From Candidatus Hydrogenedentota bacterium (GTDB lineage Bacteria > Hydrogenedentota > Hydrogenedentia > Hydrogenedentales > SLHB01), in assembly GCA_045863295.1 (NCBI GenBank), contig BTWA01000023.1, forward strand, positions 35,519 to 99,518: a stretch of 64,000 nucleotides of DNA, in the 5' to 3' direction. The position numbers and the translations under genes were made by a program. A model generated the notes under the pieces. It searched no databases. It was given only the letters and a program-made list of their open reading frames with translations, and was not told where the DNA came from. Shown here piece after piece: positions 53,142 through 61,181 of the stretch; positions within the stretch are counted from its first letter, which is position 1; each line of letters opens with the position of its first letter.

Positions 53142-55450
53142 TGTTGGTACTCCTTCGTGTTAAGTGCTTCATCATTGGTTAGCGGTTTTGTGTCAATATC
53201 CTGCTCATTCGTGACGGACCATCCGGTCTTGAGTCCGAGGACAAACCAGCCGAGAGCGAGGACGCCGACAGCGAAAATCGTATCGCCAATCACCCGTAGC
53301 CATCGCAATGTATCCATTAGGTCGGTTTGCATGAACTCGGCCGAACGCGCCATCCACATTCCGTCGTTAACGCTCGCCCACGCCTGCAGGATGCCTCGAG
53401 GTAAATCGCTCAACAGCACCATCAACGCCAATCCAATATTGATTGACCAAAAGGCGAAACTGAGCACGGAGGTCTTCCAAACGTTGCGCGCGGCCATCCC
53501 TTTAAGGCAGAACAACATCAGACCGATGGCGAGCATGCCATAGACTCCAAACAGGGCCGTGTGTCCATGAACGGCCGTTGTGTTCAAGCCTTGCATGTAA
53601 TAAAGAGCAATGGGTGGGTTGATGAGAAAACCGAATAGTCCGGCGCCTACCAGATTCCAGAAGGCCACCGCCACAAAGCAATAGACGGGCCATTTGTAGC
53701 CCGAGACCCATCCTTGCAATCGGCTGACGGATAAGTTGCCATAGGCTTCGAAACCGATGAGGACCAGCGGCACAACTTCGAGGGCGCTGAACACGGCGCC
53801 CAACGCGAGGACGGCAGTGGGTGTACCCGAGAAATACAGGTGGTGAAACGTTCCGATGATACCCCCTGAGAGAAAGATGCTGGTAGCAAACAGGACCGCC
53901 GCGGTCGCCGTACGTACCTTTACCAACTTCAATCGGGTAAAAAGGAATGCGATAACTACAGTCGTGAAGACTTCAAAGAACCCTTCGACCCAGAGGTGTA
54001 CCAACCACCAACGCCAGTATTCCGCCATAGCAAGATGTGTTTGCCGCCCCCACATGAGGCCTGCCCCATAAAACAAGGTAATAGCGACACAGGAAATGGA
54101 GAACAGTGCTAACAGATGACGGTTTGGCCCGGGTTGCTGCATGGCGGGCCACAATCCTCTGCCCATGAGAAACAACCAAATGAACAATCCAGCGAATAGG
54201 AACAGTTGCCAGAATCGCCCGAGGTCGACGTACTCATACCCCTGGTGACCGAACCAGAAGTTCATCTCGAGCCCCATTTCTTGTCGGGTACCGTACCAAG
54301 TGCCGAAAAGTGTCCCGATCACAATCAGCAGGAGCGCGCCAAATAGCGCGTTTACCCCCATACGCTGGAACTTCGGTTCTCTGCCCACGACCGCTGGTGC
54401 AAGAAAAAGCCCGGTCGCGAGGAATGCAGTCGCAATCCAAAAAATTGCCAGTTGCGTGTGCCACGTGCGCGTCACGGCATACGGCAAAATCTCGGCCAAG
54501 GGAATGCCGTAGAACCCAGATCCTTCCACAGCATAGTGGGCAGTGACGGCACCCATGCAAACCTGCGTCACAATCAGCGCCATGACAACCCAAAAGTATT
54601 TGAGCGTTGCTTTCATTGACGGTGTAGGGTCAAAAGCCAACAGCGGATCTCTGTCAGGAATCGGCGGCTCCTTTTCCTCGTGTGCTTTCTCCGCAACGTA
54701 ATACCAAGAGAGCGCACCAACCCCAGCGAGGAGCATGATAAAGCTCAGCACAGACCAGACAAGAATTGCAGGGGTGGGTGCATTGTCGATGAAGGGTTCT
54801 GGAGGCCAGTTGTTGGTGTAAGTAACATCAGTGCCTGGCCGATTCGTGCCGCAAGCCCAAGCCGCCCAAAAATAGAATGCAGCTAAGTCGTCACGCCTGC
54901 CTGCATCCGGCAAGACGTTTTTTGGAATGGCATAGGCCTCGCGGAGTTCATCTAGCGATTCATTTCCTCCGTAAAGTGATTTGTAATGCTCCGACACGGC
55001 TGCGATTGCTTGGGCGCGCACGTCGGAGACCATGAGATCGCCCGTTTCCGGGTCGTAAGTATTGGTACGAATCTCGTTCTTGAGTCGAGCCTTCAGAGCG
55101 GCCTGCTCTTCTAGATGGAGATCCTTATAAGCATCGGCGTCATATTCCGATTTGGCCCAGTGCGCCAGGAGCCATTCAGACTCCCGATGCAAAAAGTCTG
55201 CGGACCAATCGGGTGCAACATATGAACCGTGTCCCCAAATCGTTCCTACTTGCTGACCGCCAGTCGACTGCCAGACATTTTGACCATCCTTGATGTTTTG
55301 TCCTGTAAAAAGAACCGCCCCCGATTCCGTGACAACACGATCGGGAATGGGAGGCGCTTCCCGATAGATTTCGAGTCCGTAGTACCCGAGCACGGCGAAC
55401 GAACCGGCCATTACAACGAACAGCCCGATCCATAGTTTGCGGTAGTCCAT
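53138..55450 (-). CDS. norZ: Quinol-dependent nitric oxide reductase (qNor)
   Basis: WGHGSY.APDW, RTWH, HLWVEGFFE, GTFHH, HGH. Confidence 0.93.
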   Translation of the reverse strand: MDYRKLWIGLFVVMAGSFAVLGYYGLEIYREAPPIPDRVVTESGAVLFTGQNIKDGQNVWQSTGGQQVGTIWGHGSYVAPDWSADFLHRESEWLLAHWAKSEYDADAYKDLHLEEQAALKARLKNEIRTNTYDPETGDLMVSDVRAQAIAAVSEHYKSLYGGNESLDELREAYAIPKNVLPDAGRRDDLAAFYFWAAWACGTNRPGTDVTYTNNWPPEPFIDNAPTPAILVWSVLSFIMLLAGVGALSWYYVAEKAHEEKEPPIPDRDPLLAFDPTPSMKATLKYFWVVMALIVTQVCMGAVTAHYAVEGSGFYGIPLAEILPYAVTRTWHTQLAIFWIATAFLATGLFLAPAVVGREPKFQRMGVNALFGALLLIVIGTLFGTWYGTRQEMGLEMNFWFGHQGYEYVDLGRFWQLFLFAGLFIWLFLMGRGLWPAMQQPGPNRHLLALFSISCVAITLFYGAGLMWGRQTHLAMAEYWRWWLVHLWVEGFFEVFTTVVIAFLFTRLKLVKVRTATAAVLFATSIFLSGGIIGTFHHLYFSGTPTAVLALGAVFSALEVVPLVLIGFEAYGNLSVSRLQGWVSGYKWPVYCFVAVAFWNLVGAGLFGFLINPPIALYYMQGLNTTAVHGHTALFGVYGMLAIGLMLFCLKGMAARNVWKTSVLSFAFWSINIGLALMVLLSDLPRGILQAWASVNDGMWMARSAEFMQTDLMDTLRWLRVIGDTIFAVGVLALGWFVLGLKTGWSVTNEQDIDTKPLTNDEALNTKEYQQ

Positions 55451-55476
55451 TTCTCTGTCCAACTTTCTGGTTGCGC

Positions 55477-57348
55477 TTACGCGGATTGTATTTCGTTTGC
55501 AGCAAGTGTCGAACTCGCTTTGTCTATTTCACGTTCACGTGCGGCATTTAGGCCCGCCAGCAATGTTTCAAGTTCTACATCCAACCGCCGCGCGGCGCCG
55601 GATATGGACACTCTTTTCGCAAGAGTCTTGCGGAGTACAGGATTGGCAAGTGGTGTGAAACCGAAGCGGATGAATACCGGTAGCAGGTGTGGGTACGTGT
55701 CCAATACATCGCTCACACGGTTTCCAGGTACGATGGCTTCGCCGTTTGTTATAGGCGTAAATTGAACGTTCATTGCTTGTGAGGTGCTTTCCTTAGTCCA
55801 CCCATTCATGATCCGCCAAAGATGTACGCCCCAGATGCCCAGCGCTGTTACCTCAAGTACCCCGCTAATGCCGGCGAGGGGAAAGGCAATGTCCTGAAAG
55901 TCTGTGAGCACTTGGAACGAGACCCGAATCGCGCAACCGAGGTTTAGCAGGATGAATGGTATCCAGAGTCCTGGCAACCCTCGAATATCCAGTCCTTTCA
56001 GGGTAGGTACAACCTTTGCCGCCACCCCAACGATCATCATGCTGATGAATCCGACCGTTATGGCGTGACGAATGGCGCCGTAGTACGCGTGTGAAAATCC
56101 GATTTCCGCCGCATGGCTACTGGGCGCAAAGGTATGAAGTAGTCCAAACTGATAGACAGGAAGGAACACAGACATGGCCATTGAGATGAAGAGCCAGCAG
56201 TAGGCCGTTCTCAAGAATTTTAGGCTACGATCCGTTTCCTCGGGCTTCGTGTGCAATCGCCATCCCCAAACAAGCAGAACGAGAGAGGCCACCATCACAA
56301 GCACCGCTCCATACCAAAGAGCGGCCCAAGCATGGCCAAGGGTTCGCATGAGGACAAAGCCGATGGCCTCACCGGCGATGGACAGATTCAACAGAACCAG
56401 TACGGCGAGACCACGCCCAGGCCGTGGAGCGGGAAATCCGTAGAAATTATGGAACAGGCGCTGGCTTACCCCCAGGATCATCAACATGGCAAAGCCGTGA
56501 ATCTGTAGGTCGCGTAGGGGTGCTTGCCAGGTTGATACGAGCGATAGAAACACGTCTCGATTCGGAGCTGTCGTAATCAACGTGAAGTACACAGTCCCAT
56601 ACACGGCTTGGATCAGGAACCAACTTAGCGCACTGAATATGTAGTAATCGTAAAAGGCCAGCGGCTTTCCCGAGACGCGCATCGTCGTGCAAATAATCCA
56701 GACAAAGATGCCGATCGCAACGATTTCCAGGATGGATCCCACCACGCCCGCTACAAGTAGCCTCGGCTGGGCGTCGACGAAGGCCTGCGCCCCGGAACGT
56801 ATGACAATGCCGAGAAGCATCATCCAAAGTGTCGATAATGCAAGCCGTGGGTGAGCGAGCGAAGTGTGTTTGAATCGCGGAAAGGCCTGATACGCAAAGC
56901 CCATCACGAACAGACCGACCCATCCGAAAATCTGCGCATGGCCATGCGCATTGACCTCATTGAGGCTAACCGCCGTAAACGATTTGAGAAACCCGATACG
57001 AAGAAGCAGATACGCTCCCCAAGCTGCGCCCAATGTCAGAACAACCGCAATGCCCGCCTTAAAAAAAGGCTGATAGATGGTGTCTGCGATAGGGTCTGAC
57101 GTGGCGACAGGCGCCTTGGCTTCATCAGTGGTGCTTTGCGCGAGCCTCAGTTCCTCCAGCAGATTCTCGATGGGTACCTCGTGGGCACGAGAAAAGAAAT
57201 CCAGTGATTCCATGGGGCCGTCCTTCCCTCCACATCCACGCAAGCCGTAGCGATCAAGAACCGCTCTCAAGTGGGGAGTAGTACGAAGGAGGTCAGGGAT
57301 CATCGTACCGGGTTCGATAAGAGGTGGCTTAGAATTCGTGCTGCTCAT
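55477..57348 (-). CDS. NnrS-like polytopic membrane protein with N-terminal ScdA_N-like and C-terminal DUF1858-like domains
   Basis: GCGG N-domain; HGHAQIFGW, HGF, RHAITVGF; VSDVLDTYP...GF C-domain. Confidence 0.7.
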   Translation of the reverse strand: MSSTNSKPPLIEPGTMIPDLLRTTPHLRAVLDRYGLRGCGGKDGPMESLDFFSRAHEVPIENLLEELRLAQSTTDEAKAPVATSDPIADTIYQPFFKAGIAVVLTLGAAWGAYLLLRIGFLKSFTAVSLNEVNAHGHAQIFGWVGLFVMGFAYQAFPRFKHTSLAHPRLALSTLWMMLLGIVIRSGAQAFVDAQPRLLVAGVVGSILEIVAIGIFVWIICTTMRVSGKPLAFYDYYIFSALSWFLIQAVYGTVYFTLITTAPNRDVFLSLVSTWQAPLRDLQIHGFAMLMILGVSQRLFHNFYGFPAPRPGRGLAVLVLLNLSIAGEAIGFVLMRTLGHAWAALWYGAVLVMVASLVLLVWGWRLHTKPEETDRSLKFLRTAYCWLFISMAMSVFLPVYQFGLLHTFAPSSHAAEIGFSHAYYGAIRHAITVGFISMMIVGVAAKVVPTLKGLDIRGLPGLWIPFILLNLGCAIRVSFQVLTDFQDIAFPLAGISGVLEVTALGIWGVHLWRIMNGWTKESTSQAMNVQFTPITNGEAIVPGNRVSDVLDTYPHLLPVFIRFGFTPLANPVLRKTLAKRVSISGAARRLDVELETLLAGLNAAREREIDKASSTLAANEIQSA

Positions 57349-57405
57349 TGCCCAATCTTTCTTCTATAATCGCATGCTGTTCGAGGTTTATGTTCGAAAA
57401 AAAAC

Positions 57406-57822
57406 CTACAAGGTGCCTACCGGCACACGGTTCCCTACTATGTCGGCCAAGGTCGATTCCTTAAGCATTGCTAGGTAGTCGTTTCGAACTGCAACCCATC
57501 GGTGATGCATCGCGCACGGTTCGGCGGAGGAACAAGATTCTTTTCCCATAAAACACCCCTCCCATCGACTTACATGATCGACAGGCTCAACGACGTCGAA
57601 AAGGCTTATCTTTTCTGGCGGACGCGCAAGCTGGAACCCACCACCCTTTCCCTTTTGAGAGCAAACGATGCCAGAGTGAATCAATCCTTGGAGCAACTTT
57701 CCTAAGTAGTTTTGGGGCGCTCCAATCCGCTCCGCGATGCTTGAAGCACCCTGGAACTCACCGGGGCTCTCAGCGAGGACTGCCGTCGCTCTTATCGCGT
57801 GCAACGCGGTTTTGGAGATCAT
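57406..57822 (-). CDS. Rrf2 family Fe-S regulator
   Basis: YLGKLL, SQKGKGGGFQL, C-x6-C-x5-C. Confidence 0.9.
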   Translation of the reverse strand: MISKTALHAIRATAVLAESPGEFQGASSIAERIGAPQNYLGKLLQGLIHSGIVCSQKGKGGGFQLARPPEKISLFDVVEPVDHVSRWEGCFMGKESCSSAEPCAMHHRWVAVRNDYLAMLKESTLADIVGNRVPVGTL

Positions 57823-57834
57823 GATGTAAATCCT

Positions 57835-57876
57835 TAATCGCATGCGATTATATCAAAATTGAAGCCGTCTCGTCAA
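57835..57876 (-). promoter_or_regulatory. sigma70 promoter of the Rrf2 gene overlapped by a perfect 16-bp palindrome
   Basis: Minus strand TTGACG-18-TATAAT; taatcgcatgcgatta at 57835-57850. Confidence 0.7.
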
Positions 57877-57991
57877 TAGGCCTGGCATCGCCTACTCCGC
57901 GGTGGTATAGCCCGGAATTGGGCGCATTCTCACGAGTTTGCAGAAGTTGATCGGAGTCGGTAGTTGTAACATATTGAAAATAAATAACTTA

Positions 57992-58168
57992 TGGTGGAGG
58001 CGGCGGGAATCGAAGCCTACGCAGGCCAGTTTTGCAAGTCATTGTACGCCAATTATTTATGACGCAAGTGGCTGAATCAAAACGGGTTGGATCCGTCTCG
58101 CCTCTTATCACGATTTATCACGATTGCACACGTTTTTGTAGAAAATTGCTCCCGTTTTGCTCCCGCGA
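57992..58168 (-). repeat. att-like repeat 3: tmRNA 3'-end core plus element arm
   Basis: Same 23-bp core as 37902; about 150/177 identical to repeat 2 by manual count, no indels. Confidence 0.9.
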
Positions 58169-58331
58169 ACTCACATCGAATCTTGCCCATCCTTCCCACG
58201 CCTGGATCGCGCGCACAACAACGGATTCGTCCCCCAGATCGTGACAGAAAAAGAATAACGACCAGAAGCCGTGGAGCGTGAGTTCCGTAGCCTCTGGTCG
58301 CATTGGGTGTTCCCCAGCGCAGCAGTGCGAT

Positions 58332-58541
58332 CTAGTCTGAATCTAGCCAAAGCGTGGCACGGCCAGCTCGCTCTCGCTCCTCCAGCCAGGACTCAAGGGA
58401 ACTACGACTGAATCGGACGGCACCTCCGATCTTATGGTGAGGAATGAAGCCGATATGCACCCACCGATAGATCGTGGGCTTCGATACCCGGAGCAATTGA
58501 GCTGCTTCTTCAGGTGTCATCAGGACGTCATTGCTCACCAC
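58332..58541 (-). CDS. Excisionase/AlpA-like HTH protein
   Basis: LMTPEEAAQLLRVSKPTIYRW...IP..KIGGAVRF. Confidence 0.88.
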   Translation of the reverse strand: MVSNDVLMTPEEAAQLLRVSKPTIYRWVHIGFIPHHKIGGAVRFSRSSLESWLEERERAGRATLWLDSD

Positions 58542-58611
58542 GTTGAGAACTCCGAAGTAGTCTGCACTTGGATTAGGTTGCCGGCTTCCTCAGGCTAACC
58601 ACGCTGTCGCA

Positions 58612-59004
58612 CTAGAACGCGATGTCGTCGTCGCTGATGGGGGCGGCGGGCAGGACGTCGGCGACGTTGGCGCGCACGATGCCCTTAGAATCGGTCTTGT
58701 GCACGACGACGACGCGGCAGGGCTGGTTGAGAATGTCACTGTCATCAATGTTCTCGCCGAGTTCCGGTACGCGCCCGAGGAGTGCGGAAACCCAGCGGCC
58801 TTTCTTGGTGTTTTCCGCGAGGACCGTGCCGGTGAGACCACTGACGGTACGGCCGTCGTTGACCTTGTCGCTGTCGATGCGGAACTCGTAGCGGTTTGCG
58901 TCGCCGTACGGCATGGCGACGGTGTCAAACCCGGTGAGAACGGCGTCGTATTCGCCTTCGGGAACGGAGGTGATCGGCTCTTGCATGGTGCCAACGGATT
59001 TCAT
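58612..59004 (-). CDS. Putative ssDNA-binding protein (phage/plasmid type)
   Basis: PEGEY N-terminus, beta-rich body, acidic C-terminal tip DDDIAF; RBS aaggag. Confidence 0.6.
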   Translation of the reverse strand: MKSVGTMQEPITSVPEGEYDAVLTGFDTVAMPYGDANRYEFRIDSDKVNDGRTVSGLTGTVLAENTKKGRWVSALLGRVPELGENIDDSDILNQPCRVVVVHKTDSKGIVRANVADVLPAAPISDDDIAF

Positions 59005-59083
59005 GGTGATCTCCTTTTCGTTTGTTCGGTGCTCAGTCACCGCATTCTTTGAGCGGCAGATTCTGGCGGTTCGATTCAGCGGA

Positions 59084-60121
59084 CTATTCGGTAAGCGCGG
59101 CCCCGCGTCGCTGGGCCATGACGGCCGGATAGAGATGGCATGAGGATGAACAGTGGGGCGCTACTTCGGGCTCGTTGCAGCCGTAACCGCAGTACGCTTT
59201 GAGGTAGGCGTGCGCCACTTGGTTCTCGACTTCCTCTGCGGTGAGGATACGTTTACCGGATGTTGGGCGGTTGTTTTCACGCCATTTCAGGAGAGCCGCA
59301 ATGGCAATAGGAGCGGGTACACCCAGACGCCGGAAATGCGTGGCGAGGCGAAAGCACGAGAGGCGCTGAAAACCCGTCACCCCCTCGGAGAGCATCCGCA
59401 GGGCGCACGGAGGCAGACCGCGCGCGGCCTGCCAGGTACCTACCTCCGCTGAACTCGAGACCGCAGCGGATGGGCTTAGGGTGATCTCGTTGACTTCGAT
59501 GATTTCGTCGAGTTGCGCCTCCGTGGTAATTACGATGCTTTCCAGGAACTCCCATTGATTGGGATAGGGTTTCAATCCATTTGCATGGTCGACGAAGACG
59601 GTTTTGCCAAGAGGGACTGCGCGTCCGAAGAGCGGGGCATTGATGAAATTTCCGACATGCCCTGCGTCTACGTCGATGCGGTCTTGCTTGGGGAACACCT
59701 CGACGGTTCCACTCTCACTTTCGGCCAGGATATGCCGGACGACGGCCCGGGCTTTCACCGCGGGTACGCCCTTTGCAGGAAAGAACAGAAAAACGTGGTA
59801 ACCTTTGCTCTTGCTTGTCTCTAGATAGGCATGGAGGCCGTACCGTTGGCAGCCGTAGATGAAGGCAAGCGGAGGATTGGCGTCCTGTGCGTCGAAGTCC
59901 GCGACCACCGCACGCGTGACGTCTCCATTCAGCAAGTAAACGCCGTACGGCTCCCGCCCGGCGAGGTGCTTCGCGATGACCTCGTCGGTCAGCGGACGTT
60001 TGACCTGCCACGATTTGCCGTCGGCGGGATTGTAGGTGCCGTAAACGTGCTGAAGGCCGGAGAAGTAGCGCCGGAACAAGCCGATCTTCCATTCCAGACT
60101 TCGTAAATCTCGCGTCAGCAC
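59084..60121 (-). CDS. Archaeo-eukaryotic primase (AEP) with Cys-rich PriL-CTD-like C-terminus
   Basis: VVADFD, SKSKGYH, GNFINAP; LPPC...GYGC...HCSSSC. Confidence 0.75.
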   Translation of the reverse strand: MLTRDLRSLEWKIGLFRRYFSGLQHVYGTYNPADGKSWQVKRPLTDEVIAKHLAGREPYGVYLLNGDVTRAVVADFDAQDANPPLAFIYGCQRYGLHAYLETSKSKGYHVFLFFPAKGVPAVKARAVVRHILAESESGTVEVFPKQDRIDVDAGHVGNFINAPLFGRAVPLGKTVFVDHANGLKPYPNQWEFLESIVITTEAQLDEIIEVNEITLSPSAAVSSSAEVGTWQAARGLPPCALRMLSEGVTGFQRLSCFRLATHFRRLGVPAPIAIAALLKWRENNRPTSGKRILTAEEVENQVAHAYLKAYCGYGCNEPEVAPHCSSSCHLYPAVMAQRRGAALTE

Positions 60122-60480
60122 GGGTAGTCCTCCTTCGGCGGGGGACCGTAATACGGTTCTTCCTGGAAGTAATTCATGAAATCGCGGCTCGGTCCAGGCG
60201 GTTTCGCGTTGAAATCATCGTTGGTAATCACCCGATCCTCAAGCATGCCATTGAACGGGCGAGAGCCGCCCATCAGGTCGGTAATCGTGGATTCGAGGAC
60301 GAAGTCGACCTTGCAGTTGCCGCACAACTCATCGAAGGAATGCCAGTGCTCGCCCTTCTCGTCGCGAATATCCAACATGGCGTCACAGATTTCGCACATC
60401 TCGAAATCGTCCACACGGCCGTCGGTGCCGCGATCCACCCAGGCGCCGCGGTCGTGATCGAAATTGCGCCGGAAAATCAT
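60115..60480 (-). CDS. Hypothetical protein with two CxxC motifs
   Basis: CEIC and CGNC; overlaps the primase start. Confidence 0.6.
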   Translation of the reverse strand: MIFRRNFDHDRGAWVDRGTDGRVDDFEMCEICDAMLDIRDEKGEHWHSFDELCGNCKVDFVLESTITDLMGGSRPFNGMLEDRVITNDDFNAKPPGPSRDFMNYFQEEPYYGPPPKEDYPC

Positions 60481-60566
60481 GGTTCCTACTCCCGATGGAA
60501 GTGACTTGATTCGTAGCCTTCAAGAAATAAGCGGCGGGATGGGGCTGCGTGTTTCGAAAGAGGGTT

Positions 60567-61181
60567 TCAGTGCCCGCGCAGCATGTGCTGAATATCGTCC
60601 TGGCACTCCACGTAGTTCTCCAACATTTCGCGCAAGTAGGGCGCGTACCGCTCCGGGTACTTGAAAACTTCCTGCATCGCATCGGTCCCGTGTAGTTCCG
60701 CCAAACAGCGGACGGCCATGACGCGTTCTGGCCAGGACAGCGACTCGATCGCGGCCTCGTAGACCCAGCGGCGATGCGCTTGGATCTCCATGTGTTTGAG
60801 CGTATTTAGGAGGAAGGTGCAGATGTGGATTGGACCCGTTTCGCTCGATTCCGCGTATTCAACGAAGGCTGTTTGCACTGCGTGCTCAGGAGGCGCGGAA
60901 TAGGTTCGAAGGAGGCGTAGCGCCTCCCGCTCCGCTTGTTCCTTGGTGAGATCGCGGCGAATGCGCGTACCGTAACGAACTATGTTCTGCACGAACGCCG
61001 CTGCCATGCGCAGCATACCGGCTTCGGTAGGCGCCTTTTCGATGAAGGGCGCAATATCGAAGCTTGCGGCGGCCTGGTCAAGAGGACGCTCGATCGTCGA
61101 ACGCCGGTACTCGATACCGAGAAGTTCGATTGCGCCATCCAGGCACCGCTTAATCCTCTTTCGGAGCGCGTAGTCGATCAA
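60567..61181 (-). CDS. Hypothetical protein
   Basis: 204 aa, co-oriented, overlaps the end of the ATPase gene; RBS ggagg. Confidence 0.65.
   Translation of the reverse strand: MIDYALRKRIKRCLDGAIELLGIEYRRSTIERPLDQAAASFDIAPFIEKAPTEAGMLRMAAAFVQNIVRYGTRIRRDLTKEQAEREALRLLRTYSAPPEHAVQTAFVEYAESSETGPIHICTFLLNTLKHMEIQAHRRWVYEAAIESLSWPERVMAVRCLAELHGTDAMQEVFKYPERYAPYLREMLENYVECQDDIQHMLRGH

Larger units (their letters stand above)
38079..57991. mobile_element. Cargo module B between att repeats 2 and 3 (nitrogen-oxide/redox genes), with no integrase
   Basis: Bounded by 177-bp direct repeats. Confidence 0.7.

Noticed and set aside
53138..55450. NO dismutase (Nod)
   Set aside because: Canonical qNor ligands (HLWVEGFFE, HH pair, RTWH) are intact.
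11302..57991. Classical integron
   Set aside because: No intI or attC-type sites; the boundaries are tmRNA-derived att repeats and the units are multi-operon.
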